Assembly (NCBI GenBank): GCA_049472355.1
Contig: JBLIRP010000050.1
Span: forward strand, 1-27,957
Direction of reading: 5' to 3'
From: a bacterium
GTDB taxonomy: Bacteria; SZUA-182; DTGQ01; JAFGSM01
DNA: 27,957 nucleotides
Shown here piece by piece: positions 1 to 8,896 of the stretch (position 1 is the first letter of the stretch; each line of letters opens with the position of its first letter). The position numbers were made by a program, and so were the translations under genes. A model generated the notes under the pieces. It was not told the origin of the DNA and ran no database searches. It saw only the letters and a program-made list of their open reading frames with translations.

Positions 1-38
1 AGCCACGTGATTCCCGGTTGAATGGTGCGCACCGGCAA
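1..38 (-). CDS. Probable 5' end of a gene running off the left edge (MPVRTIQPGITW...)
   Basis: On the minus strand, AAGGGGGG (RBS-like) is followed by TTG at 38-36 and an open frame to the window edge. A sigma-54-like promoter lies about 50 bp upstream. Only 12 codons are visible. Confidence 0.3.
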   Translation of the reverse strand, partial: MPVRTIQPGITW

Positions 39-84
39 TGTCCCCCCTTTTTCCTTGTAAAGATAAAATCCCAACTCAATGTTC

Positions 85-100
85 AGCAAGATATATACCA
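85..100 (-). promoter_or_regulatory. Putative sigma-54 (-24/-12) promoter
   Basis: Minus strand TGGTATATATCTTGCT has exact GG-N10-GC spacing with TTGCT. An AT-rich upstream region contains the palindrome TATGCA-N6-TGCATA (180-197). Confidence 0.55.
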
Positions 101-405
101 GGGCCGGCCCGGGCGGACCGCCCCGATCGCCCATTTCCCATTATGGCACAAAAAGAAATATGTGCAAAAAATATCCTATTATGCATCTTGTTGCATATTT
201 ATCAGTTTGTGTATATCTATTTGCATATTTCCGCGGATCTCATGGACATGGCTGACGTGCTGAAAAAGACATTACGATTGTTCAATGGCGTGCCGGTAGG
301 GGAAGAACCCTCTCAGGCAACACAATCGGGCAACGGTTATGAACCACCAGTCCGGAGTGCCATGAGCACGGGGCCATGCTATGCCCTCTCATCCGTGCCG
401 TTCTT

Positions 406-3400
406 TCACAGTCTGTGCTGCATGGATGAACTGCCCCTGAGCATGCTGTAACCGAACATGGCAAAACAAATCAGCGCCATGATCAACAGGGTGAGAAGAC
501 CGCATTTCAGCACCATAAACCAGACCCCGATGTATGACAGGTCCGGGTTCCTCCGGATCCTCTCCATCTCGCTCACATGGCGGACGGCAACAGGGGCTTC
601 ACACCGGAGCGTATGGATAAAGCAGGTGGCCCCCTTCATATCGATCCCCTCCCATGTCGTTTGATCCCCGTCCACAGTACCTTGCTGGCCGTCACCCGGG
701 GTACCACCCGGGAGAATCAGGATACCCAGGCCCTCCTGGGATGGGGGGCCGGTTGCGGACATGTAGATATCGCTGAACACAAATCTGTAGGGGATGAACC
801 CGGTCTCTATCCCGTTGTAAGTGATGGCTCGTATGTATTCCTTTCCATCGGCATAATCCATATCCGCAGGGTTCGCATCCTGCATGACATACCGTTCATC
901 ATCGTCACATTCGCCATCCAGATCTTCGTCCAGCCAGACCTCCTTGACATTGGGGGGATATCCGTACTGATTCATGTATATCACCTTGAACTCAAAGGAG
1001 GTGCCCGGCGGACCCTCGTCAGGGTCCACCCCGTCATCGGTAAATCCTTCGGCAACAAGCCATCTCAGGCTTATCGGGGATTGGACCATGATCGTGCCCC
1101 CCACCAGGAAGGGATCCCCGGTGGCGATGTTGCACCCGTCATCGAACACGAATTTATAGATCATCTCCCCCTCCCCCGAATAGGAAATGACCTTCTGGAG
1201 GGTGTAGAGGTTGACCGTGGTAAAATCCGCATCCAGCGGATTCTCGGCAGTCAGGTTGAATCGTTCGTCTTCCTTGTATAGCCCGTCACCGTTCAGGTCC
1301 AGCCACACCTGACGCGTGATGGGCGGATCATTGTCCGGGTCGCGATAGCCCACCTTGAAGATAAAGAGATTTTCCTCCTCGCCCGATCCCTGTTTGAATC
1401 CATCCTGGAATTCCTCATCCACCGGCCAGGAGAGTATCGGGGCCATGAGATGGGGCAAAACGGTGAGTGCATGATTCTTGGTGGGGTCGCCCTGGTTGGG
1501 ATCACCGACCGCCAGGTGAAACCCATCGGTAAACAGGAACCGATACTGTATGGTGCCGTCCCCGACATAGAGGATCTTGATATTCTTTTTGAAGTTGCGA
1601 CCTGTGGTGATAGCGTTCTGATCCTCCTCCGCCATGACGAACCGCTCCCGCTGTTCGTAGGTTCCGCTGTCGTCAAGATCAACCCATACCTCACCGACCT
1701 CCGGGAGGTCCCCTTCCGCGTCCCGGTAATTAATCCTGAACACGAAGGTATAGCTCCCCTCCGCCAGATTGGGATCGACCCCGTCGGTGTAGTACCCGTT
1801 CTTTTGGCACCAGGAGAGAACGGGCTGGTTGTTCTCCACGGTAAGCGTTGAGGGGGAAGTAGGAGGACCGGTTGCCTCGTCGATATCGTCCTTGAAGAAA
1901 AAGCGGTAGTCGACCGCACCATTCCCCATGTAATCGATCGCCGTCTGGCACTGGAATATGGCCCCTTGTGCGTAATCCGGGTCTGTCTCCTCAGGGGCAA
2001 GGGCCATGTCGACCTTTCGGTCTCCAGGGAACGAGAAGGCCCCATCGCCGTTCAGGTCCACCCAGACCTGGGCGGTCTGTGGGGGAGTGCCCTCGTTGTC
2101 TCTATACCGCACCCTGAAGGTAAATGCCGTGCCCCCAAACCCCTTGTCGGGATCAACCCCGTCCGATTCATACCCTTCCTCTCCGGCCCACTCGATCATG
2201 GGCGGCACCGGCGGGATCAACTCCAGGGCATAGAGGTCCAATTGGCCGGTGTAGCTTTCCTCCCACGCCACAATGCCCTTTGCATGGAAAAAGGCGCCGC
2301 CGGGAGGGGTATAAATGCAGGATGCCAGCGGGCTGTTGATGGCGATCCCCCCATCCGTGGCGTTACCGTTGAGGAGCCCACCGGTCCGGTTCACCCTCGT
2401 CCAATAGACATCCACCATGCCGTCCCGGTCGTCCTTCCACAGGCATACATAGTTGTTTTCCGTCCAGAAGACCGCGGGATTGACCTGATTCCATTTCGCC
2501 GTGCTGATGGCCACGGGATCACCCTGATTCACCTGTCCGTCCTTTGACACCGTGATCCCGTAGATGTCCGGATAGAGCTGGTCGGAGGCGTGTTTGTCCC
2601 AAACCACCAGAAAACCCTCGCCGTCCGAGGCGACATCCGGATTGAGCTGCATATCCTGGCCCTGGCTTATGGCAAGGCCTCCCCCCCACACGTCATCCAG
2701 GATATTGCCGACCGACGAGACCCGTAACCCCCGTATATCCGTTTCCTGGGCCGAAACATGGTCCTCCCATACCACCAGGTAGTGGCTGCCGTTCCATGCC
2801 ACCGCCGGGGCCTTTTGTTCGCCTGCCTTCTGGCAGAGCACCAGGCCGCCGTCCTCGGCAGGGCCGTCATAGATCATCAAATCCCTGTCGATCCTCGTTC
2901 CGTAGATATCGGCCTCGCCGTTTCTATAATCCTCCCACACCACCAGAAAATAATCCTTGCCATTCCAGACCAGATCGGGATGGAGCTGATCCTTGGGGGC
3001 GACGCAGAGGGGGATGCCGCCGGAGCTCGCGGTTCCGTCCAGGAGCGCCCCGCTCAAGGCAATACGCACCCCATAGATATCATAGAAATTTCCCCCCCGG
3101 TTGTCCTCCCATACCACAACGTAGCGCACCCCGTCCCACGCCACGGCCGGCTCCTTCTGGTCACGGGAGACGGTGCATATCGGGAAGGGGCCGAACGCCT
3201 CTCCGTCGTACTTACCGGCACCATAGAGGTCGAATGAGCTTCCCGTCCGGAAATCCTGCCATACGATGAGATAACTGTCCTCATCGGCAAATGCGACTGC
3301 CGGGGCCTGTTGATCGCGCTCGCTGCCGCATATCAGCTCACCCACCTGATCGGCCCGGACCGGGCCCAATGGACATATCCCGAGAAAAAGGGTAAAAAGG

Positions 3401-3444
3401 AACAGGTTCAGTACCGCATGCACAAGAATCGATCTGTAAGGCAT
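406..3444 (-). CDS. Large exported surface protein: signal peptide, 7-repeat beta-propeller, four ~125-aa Ig-like repeats, C-terminal CFI-box-CTERM-like anchor
   Basis: ATG at 3444 with GGGGAG RBS; hydrophobic N-terminus ending ...PVRA. Seven repeats of the form Q..PAVAW.G..Y.VVWED.R....DIYG. Four repeats of the form P.L.W....G...DGVDP......F.F.V.Y.D....PP....VW.DL.GDG. Gly-rich linker, then GATCFIHTL and a C-terminal hydrophobic helix. Confidence 0.85.
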   Translation of the reverse strand: MPYRSILVHAVLNLFLFTLFLGICPLGPVRADQVGELICGSERDQQAPAVAFADEDSYLIVWQDFRTGSSFDLYGAGKYDGEAFGPFPICTVSRDQKEPAVAWDGVRYVVVWEDNRGGNFYDIYGVRIALSGALLDGTASSGGIPLCVAPKDQLHPDLVWNGKDYFLVVWEDYRNGEADIYGTRIDRDLMIYDGPAEDGGLVLCQKAGEQKAPAVAWNGSHYLVVWEDHVSAQETDIRGLRVSSVGNILDDVWGGGLAISQGQDMQLNPDVASDGEGFLVVWDKHASDQLYPDIYGITVSKDGQVNQGDPVAISTAKWNQVNPAVFWTENNYVCLWKDDRDGMVDVYWTRVNRTGGLLNGNATDGGIAINSPLASCIYTPPGGAFFHAKGIVAWEESYTGQLDLYALELIPPVPPMIEWAGEEGYESDGVDPDKGFGGTAFTFRVRYRDNEGTPPQTAQVWVDLNGDGAFSFPGDRKVDMALAPEETDPDYAQGAIFQCQTAIDYMGNGAVDYRFFFKDDIDEATGPPTSPSTLTVENNQPVLSWCQKNGYYTDGVDPNLAEGSYTFVFRINYRDAEGDLPEVGEVWVDLDDSGTYEQRERFVMAEEDQNAITTGRNFKKNIKILYVGDGTIQYRFLFTDGFHLAVGDPNQGDPTKNHALTVLPHLMAPILSWPVDEEFQDGFKQGSGEEENLFIFKVGYRDPDNDPPITRQVWLDLNGDGLYKEDERFNLTAENPLDADFTTVNLYTLQKVISYSGEGEMIYKFVFDDGCNIATGDPFLVGGTIMVQSPISLRWLVAEGFTDDGVDPDEGPPGTSFEFKVIYMNQYGYPPNVKEVWLDEDLDGECDDDERYVMQDANPADMDYADGKEYIRAITYNGIETGFIPYRFVFSDIYMSATGPPSQEGLGILILPGGTPGDGQQGTVDGDQTTWEGIDMKGATCFIHTLRCEAPVAVRHVSEMERIRRNPDLSYIGVWFMVLKCGLLTLLIMALICFAMFGYSMLRGSSSMQHRL

Positions 3445-3491
3445 TGTACTCCCCCCCTGGAACAAATTTTCAAATATTCCAGTACTCTATA

Positions 3492-3508
3492 AGCAAATAC
3501 AGTGCCAA
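3492..3508 (-). promoter_or_regulatory. Sigma-54 (-24/-12) promoter
   Basis: Minus strand TTGGCACTGTATTTGCT matches TGGCAC-N5-TTGCW, about 50 bp upstream of the ATG at 3444. Confidence 0.8.
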
Positions 3509-4042
3509 GATCATGCGATAGATCCCAAACGCTCAATACATTGTTGAAGATAGGGAAGGGGGGTACGCCTTTTGTTTCGGCTCCCTTGCACACAGGCGCA
3601 CCCCCTTCCCGTACAATAGTGAACAATTACCGGTTTCAAACCCTGTTTCCGTTCACCGGTGAATGGGAATCATGCGCCGTGCTTTATCCGATAGTAGAGG
3701 TATGATGATGCGATATACGGCAGCCGTTTTAATCCCAAACCGTTACGTCATGGACGTGGGAAGCCATAAAACATGTGTGATCAGTATGATGTCGCATCGG
3801 CATTGATTGCCGAAATGCATGCATTCCCTTGATAATACCCGATAATGTATGGTAAATTTATATATATTAAGGTATTTAGCGCCTCACGGCGATCCTTACA
3901 GGTAAAGGCAACTGGGAAGACTAACATAATGCTGCGCTGCGCTGCGCCTGACACGTGTGGTTGCACCCCCTTTCCCGCACGATAGAGGGCAATTCACGGA
4001 AGGGAGCGGATCGTCTCACGCACCATAGACAATGGAGTACCC

Positions 4043-4582
4043 ATGAAAAAAAAGCTGACCGTTATCGCCGAACGATGCTCGGGATGCAGGATCTGCGAGC
4101 TGGTTTGCGCCATAAAACACTTTTCAGTCAATAATCCCAAGAAAAGCGCCATCAGGGTGATGGTGGTCTATCCCCATCCGGTTATCAGGATGCCGGTGGT
4201 ATGCAACCAGTGCGGTGAGCCCAAATGCATGGACAACTGCCCCATGAAGGCCATCACCAAGAACAACGGGGTGGTGGAAATCAATCAGGAAAAATGCATC
4301 GCCTGTACCAAATGCGTGACAGCATGTCCCTTCGGCTGCATCTTTGTCCACGATGATGTCAGGACCCCCTTCAAGTGCGATCTTTGCGAAGGGGACCCCG
4401 CGTGTGTCAGGGCGTGCCCCAAAAAGGCCATCCTCTACATCCCCGAGCATATGCTGGGGCAACCCCAACGCATGGCGAACCTCCTCAAGTATGTTCACAT
4501 GAAAGAGGTGGAGTACGAGGAAAAGGGGGAGCGGAAGATCATCAAGTATGCGGAAATCGAGAGGAGACGCAATGAAGACTAA
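4043..4582 (+). CDS. 4Fe-4S dicluster-domain electron-transfer subunit (four cluster motifs), partner of the AOR
   Basis: Cys motifs CSGCRIC..C, CNQC..PKC...CP, CIACTKCVTACP and KCDLC...PACVRACP. GGAG RBS. Overlaps the AOR start by 11 bp. Confidence 0.92.
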   Translation: MKKKLTVIAERCSGCRICELVCAIKHFSVNNPKKSAIRVMVVYPHPVIRMPVVCNQCGEPKCMDNCPMKAITKNNGVVEINQEKCIACTKCVTACPFGCIFVHDDVRTPFKCDLCEGDPACVRACPKKAILYIPEHMLGQPQRMANLLKYVHMKEVEYEEKGERKIIKYAEIERRRNED

Positions 4583-6428
4583 GGGAGGCTACCACCACAG
4601 GTTTCTGTACATAGATCTTTCCGCAGGCACGAGCACCGTGCGTGATTTCGATGACGACTTTGCAGTCCGGTATATCGGAGGAAGGGGATTCGGCGCCAGG
4701 ATTCTCTGGGACCATTTGAAGCAAGGGATCGATCCCCTGTCCCCCGACAACGTCATCACCATCGCCCCCGGGCCATTGACCGGATTGTTTCTGCCCGCCT
4801 CAGGCAAGACCTCCTTTGTGTCCCTTTCGCCTGCCACGGGCATCTATGGTGACAGCAGCATGGGAGGCAGCTTCGGGGTTGAAATCCGTCAGGCGGGATA
4901 TGATGCCATCTGCCTGGTGGGCAGGGCAAAGGAGCTTTCCTACCTGTGGATCGACGACGATGCCGTGGAGATTGTTCCCTGCCCTGATCTCAAGGGAAAG
5001 AATACCCTTGCGGCGGAGGGGCAGATCAAGGGTGCATTGGGCGACCCCTGTGTAAAGATTGCCGCCATCGGTCTTGCAGGGGAGAACCTGGTGCGTTTTG
5101 CCACCATCAACTGCGACTGGAGCCGCAATGCAGGGCGAACGGGAATGGGGGCGGTCCTCGGCTCGAAGAACGTCAAGGCCATAGCCGTGCGGGGCACCAG
5201 GGACCTCCCGGTCGCGGATATCAACCTGCTGTACGAAATCTCGCAGGAGGCATTTGCCTCGTTGAGGGTCCACCCCTACTTCGAGCTCTGGCAACAGCAA
5301 GGCCTCATGACGGTCATCGACTACCTGCGGGTGCACGATGCGCTTCCCTCCTATAACTTCACCGACACCTGCTTTGCCGATGCCGAAAAGATCAATGGAT
5401 ACATGATGGAGGATCACTTCAAGATCGGGGACACCGCCTGCTTCTCCTGCCCCATGGCCTGCGGCAACATCTGCCTGGTGAAGGAAGGCCGGTATAAGGG
5501 CACGGTGTGCGAAGGGCCCGAATATGAAACCGCCTGTATGCTCGGCTCGAATATCGGCGTGGGGAATCTTTCCTTTATCATCAAGGGAAACCACCTGTGC
5601 GACGATTACGGGGTCGACACCATTTCCACAGGAAATCTGATCGCCGCCGTCATCGAGGCATCCCAGACAGGCCTGCTCACCGAAAAGGAAGTGGGCTCTT
5701 CTCCCATTCAATGGGGGGACGAGGATCGGATATTGGAAATGATCGACATGATCGCCCACCGGGAGGGCATCGGAGCGATCCTGGCCGACGGATCAAAAAA
5801 GGTGCTCGCGACCTGGCCGCAGCTCAAGCCCCTGCTTTCACAGACCAAGGGACTCGAGCAGTCCGCCTATGAGGCGAGGATTGCCTCATCCATGGCACTG
5901 GCCTACGGCACCTCCGACATCGGTGCGCACCATACGAGGGCATGGACCATTGCCAAGGAAATGGAGATGGGTTCCGGATGGGGGGCGGAGGAAAAGGTCG
6001 ACCTGGTGATCTACCACCAGACCATCAGGCCGCTCTTCGATATGCTGGGGGTGTGCCGGCTCCCCTGGATCGAGCTCGGATTTTCGGAACGATATTACGA
6101 ACGGTTCTTTCAGGCAACCACCGGTCTCGATCTCAGCCTGGACGACCTCCTTGCCAGATCAAGGGACATATACGACCTGACCCGTCTCATCAACACCCGT
6201 CTGGGCATCTCGCGCAAGGACGATTACCCCCCTGAGAGGGCGTTCACCAGCCCGATACGCTCGGGAAAATACCAGGGAAAAAAGACGGACCCCGAGGAAT
6301 ATGAAAGGATGCTGGAAATCTACTATAATAAGAGGGGCTGGGACGCCAACGGCATCCCTTCCGAAAAGACGGCGGCCCTGTTCAAGGACCCTGTCTTCCC
6401 TCGAAAAACCGCAAAAAAGGGGAAATGA
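4572..6428 (+). CDS. aor: Aldehyde:ferredoxin oxidoreductase family protein (tungstopterin-type AOR/WOR)
   Basis: AOR motifs YIGGRGFG, DPLSPDN, GRTGMGAVLGSKNVKAI, CFSCPMAC, EGPEYET, DDYGVDTIS and YY..RGWD.NGIP. ATG at 4572 after GAGGAG. Confidence 0.93.
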   Translation: MKTKGGYHHRFLYIDLSAGTSTVRDFDDDFAVRYIGGRGFGARILWDHLKQGIDPLSPDNVITIAPGPLTGLFLPASGKTSFVSLSPATGIYGDSSMGGSFGVEIRQAGYDAICLVGRAKELSYLWIDDDAVEIVPCPDLKGKNTLAAEGQIKGALGDPCVKIAAIGLAGENLVRFATINCDWSRNAGRTGMGAVLGSKNVKAIAVRGTRDLPVADINLLYEISQEAFASLRVHPYFELWQQQGLMTVIDYLRVHDALPSYNFTDTCFADAEKINGYMMEDHFKIGDTACFSCPMACGNICLVKEGRYKGTVCEGPEYETACMLGSNIGVGNLSFIIKGNHLCDDYGVDTISTGNLIAAVIEASQTGLLTEKEVGSSPIQWGDEDRILEMIDMIAHREGIGAILADGSKKVLATWPQLKPLLSQTKGLEQSAYEARIASSMALAYGTSDIGAHHTRAWTIAKEMEMGSGWGAEEKVDLVIYHQTIRPLFDMLGVCRLPWIELGFSERYYERFFQATTGLDLSLDDLLARSRDIYDLTRLINTRLGISRKDDYPPERAFTSPIRSGKYQGKKTDPEEYERMLEIYYNKRGWDANGIPSEKTAALFKDPVFPRKTAKKGK

Positions 6429-6472
6429 ATAATGGTGTATACCCGATCAAACAGCGTAAGGGGGTGCCGCTC

Positions 6473-7546
6473 ATGAACCAGAAGGGGCATCGCCCGTTTG
6501 TCCACGATACCGTTTTGATGGCCCTTCTTGCGGCGTTCTCCCTTATCATGATTCTGTATTGTGCCGGGGAGGCATGGGCAAGTATCGATCACTCTTCCAG
6601 GCAGCCTGCCGCCCCCGTTGGTGTGATTGAAAAAACCCGGGAAGAGGAGAAACACAAGGAGGCACTGGAATACTATAAGATGGGTGAGCATTACTCCAAA
6701 TTGGGAAAGGTGAACGAGGCGATCGATGAGTACCGCAAGGCGCTCAACCTGGATCCCAACCTGGCTGAGGCGCATCTCAATTTGGGCTGGAGCTATGCGC
6801 TAAGAAAGAAGGACTATGATCTTGCGCTCCAGGAAACGCTTGAGGCGATCCGCTTGAAGCCCGAGTTCACTATTGCCTACAGAAACCTGTGGTGGATATA
6901 CCGGCTTCAGAAAAACTACGACAAGGCACTGGAAACCCTCAAGAAGATCCTCAGCCTCGAACCGGATAATCCCATAAACTATCTCAATCTCGGCGAGGCT
7001 TATATTATCGATACAAAGGACATCCCTCGTGCCATCACCATCCTGAGACAGGGACTCGACCGCGACCCCAACAACTTCCATATCCTGCGCAAGCTGGGCA
7101 AGGCATATGAATTCGACGCACAATACGACCGCGCCCTCGGACAGTATGAAAAGGCCCTCGAACGCAACCCCTCCGATCCCTATACCTATCTCTTCATGGC
7201 GGTGACCCTGGGCAAGGCGGGCAAGGCGAGCGAGATCCCTCCACTCATGAAAAAGGCCATAGCATCCATAGCGGAGAAACTCGCCATGCCCGTAAGATGG
7301 GACCTTTCCCTGCTTAAGTTCTATGCGGGGAATATCTCCGAGGAGGATCTCTTCGCCCAGGGAAAACTCAATCCGATCCATCGATGTCAGGCGCTCTACT
7401 ACGCGGGCTTGAAACGCATATGGGAAGGGAATACGTCAAAGGGCATCGAATATTTGACGGAGTGCAGATCCATGGGGATCGATGCCCTCGCCGAGTATGA
7501 ATACTCAAGGACCGAACTGTCATTGTTGAAGGCTAAAATCCCTTGA
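6473..7546 (+). CDS. Exported TPR-repeat protein with NlpI-like C-terminal region
   Basis: N-terminal hydrophobic segment; multiple TPRs (A...Y.KAL.LDP..AEAH.NLG). C-terminal W....LKFYAGNISEE.L...CQA.YY.G...EYEY...EL resembles the NlpI C-terminus. Start chosen at ATG 6473 after AAGGGGG; 6425 is an alternative. Confidence 0.8.
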   Translation: MNQKGHRPFVHDTVLMALLAAFSLIMILYCAGEAWASIDHSSRQPAAPVGVIEKTREEEKHKEALEYYKMGEHYSKLGKVNEAIDEYRKALNLDPNLAEAHLNLGWSYALRKKDYDLALQETLEAIRLKPEFTIAYRNLWWIYRLQKNYDKALETLKKILSLEPDNPINYLNLGEAYIIDTKDIPRAITILRQGLDRDPNNFHILRKLGKAYEFDAQYDRALGQYEKALERNPSDPYTYLFMAVTLGKAGKASEIPPLMKKAIASIAEKLAMPVRWDLSLLKFYAGNISEEDLFAQGKLNPIHRCQALYYAGLKRIWEGNTSKGIEYLTECRSMGIDALAEYEYSRTELSLLKAKIP

Positions 7547-7675
7547 TAATACAAGGCAAAAGGGGAATGGCAATTTGCTACATATTTTAATAAAATGTGT
7601 ATTTTGTTTCATACCATGATTATATCTTCACAAACATACCCCTAAATAATTTTTTTTTCATAGTATCCCTAAACG

Positions 7676-7688
7676 CAATTTCTTGATT
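7676..7688 (-). promoter_or_regulatory. Putative IHF binding site
   Basis: AATCAAGAAATTG is an exact WATCAANNNNTTR match in AT-rich DNA about 50 bp upstream of the sigma-54 motif at 7737. Confidence 0.5.
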
Positions 7689-7736
7689 TATTATATCTTT
7701 TCATAAAATCCCCCCCCTCTCTATCCCATCAATTAA

Positions 7737-7754
7737 TTGGCACTTCCCTTGCAT
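7737..7754 (+). promoter_or_regulatory. Sigma-54 (-24/-12) promoter
   Basis: TTGGCACTTCCCTTGCAT matches TGGCAC-N5-TTGCA, upstream of the Gly/Tyr-rich gene. Confidence 0.8.
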
Positions 7755-7966
7755 AATGTTTACACGAGTCTGCAAAGGCCTTACAAACGGGGGCATTTGC
7801 ATGAGAGGATACGAATATACGATTTTTCACCATCCCACCGGCGGATGGCTGGATAACGGGTCATTGAGGAAAGGGGGTGTGACGTCCCGGCAAAAATGAC
7901 CGTTGCGGACTGAGGTTTATTGCTAAGATAAGGTTAATTTTATTTGGTACGTGAAAGGGGAACGAG

Positions 7967-8824
7967 ATGAAGGAAAAATGGATAGTGAGAGTCAGTCAGA
8001 TGAGTCTGCTCTTGGTAATGCTTCTTATCATCTGTATTGCTACTCCCCATACCTCCCATGCCCAAACGTATGGTCTTTACGGCTCCGGACTCCTCGGCGG
8101 AAGTTTCGGCACCACGAGCCTGAGCAGTGGATTATACGGGGGTTTACTCGGGAGCATGTATGGGGGAGGGTTGTACGGGGGCCTTTATGGCAGCAGCATG
8201 TACGGCGGACTCTACGGCAGCAGCATGTACGGCGGCGGACTCTACGGCAGCAGCCTCTATGGCGGCGGACTCTACGGCAGCAGCCTCTATGGCGGTATGT
8301 ATGGAGGTATGTACGGCAGCATGGGCGGGAGCAGCTTGCGCACCCTCTACCTCATGTCGCTGCTGGGACAGCTCGGCACCGACGGAACGGGTACCGATCT
8401 CACGAGCCTCTTGGGAACGTCGGGGCTTTATGGCCTGGGCGGCATGTACGGAGGCTTGTTAGGCGGCATGGGCATGTATGGCGGGCTCTATGGCGGCGGC
8501 CTCTATGGCGGGCTCCTGGGCGGCAGCAGCCTCTACGGGGGGCTCCTGGGCGGCAGCAGCCTCTACGGCGGGCTTCTGGGCGGCAGCAGCCTCTACGGCG
8601 GGCTCCTGGGCGGCAGCAGCCTCTACGGCGGCGGCCTCTACGGCGGTATGTACGGCGGTATGGGCGGAAGCAGCATCTATACGCTTCTGCTCTTGCAGTC
8701 GCTGCTCGGTCAGACATCCTCACCGCTTACTTCACCCTTGGCAACGACGACGCCTGCTACCACCACCACACCCACCACCACTACTCCTGTGGCGACCGCT
8801 TCCGGTTTGTGGTATTGGTATTGA
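7967..8824 (+). CDS. Secreted Gly/Tyr/Leu/Ser-rich low-complexity repeat protein (GGLYG repeats) with Thr/Pro-rich tail ending GLWYWY
   Basis: AAAGGGGAA RBS; signal peptide ending SHA|Q. Repeat copies differ at third codon positions in this frame, which indicates coding. Flanked by a sigma-54 promoter and a strong terminator. Confidence 0.8.
   Translation: MKEKWIVRVSQMSLLLVMLLIICIATPHTSHAQTYGLYGSGLLGGSFGTTSLSSGLYGGLLGSMYGGGLYGGLYGSSMYGGLYGSSMYGGGLYGSSLYGGGLYGSSLYGGMYGGMYGSMGGSSLRTLYLMSLLGQLGTDGTGTDLTSLLGTSGLYGLGGMYGGLLGGMGMYGGLYGGGLYGGLLGGSSLYGGLLGGSSLYGGLLGGSSLYGGLLGGSSLYGGGLYGGMYGGMGGSSIYTLLLLQSLLGQTSSPLTSPLATTTPATTTTPTTTTPVATASGLWYWY
8204..8295 (+). repeat. Intragenic 27/30-bp tandem repeats encoding (G)GGLYGSS(M/L)Y
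   Basis: ggcggcggactctacggcagcagcctctat occurs twice (8231-8290), preceded by a 27-bp variant. Confidence 0.85.
8501..8630 (+). repeat. Intragenic 30-bp tandem repeat (about 4.3 copies) encoding LYGGLLGGSS
   Basis: Units ctctayggsgggctyctgggcggcagcagc start at 8501, 8531, 8561 and 8591. Confidence 0.9.
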
Positions 8825-8845
8825 TCCTGCTTGCGCATAGTGCAG

Positions 8846-8877
8846 AAAGGGCCGGTGCACGCACCGGCCCTTTTTTT
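8846..8877 (+). terminator. Intrinsic terminator between convergent genes
   Basis: AAAGGGCCGGTGC-AC-GCACCGGCCCTTT perfect inverted repeat continuing into a T7 run. Confidence 0.85.
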
Positions 8878-8896
8878 ATGGATAATGAGGAACCCT

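Noticed and set aside
3510..4042. Moco/tungsten-cofactor riboswitch upstream of the AOR operon
   Set aside because: No recognisable conserved motif by eye; an Rfam scan would be needed.
7568..7580. Other sigma-54-like strings (TGGCAATTTGCT here; TGGCACAAAAAG at 144; TGGCTATTCTTTGC near 16821-16835)
   Set aside because: GG-to-GC spacing is not 10 nt, or the -12 element is missing.
8204..8630. 30-bp repeats as a possible CRISPR array
   Set aside because: The repeats are contiguous with no spacers, are in-frame coding, and no cas genes are nearby.
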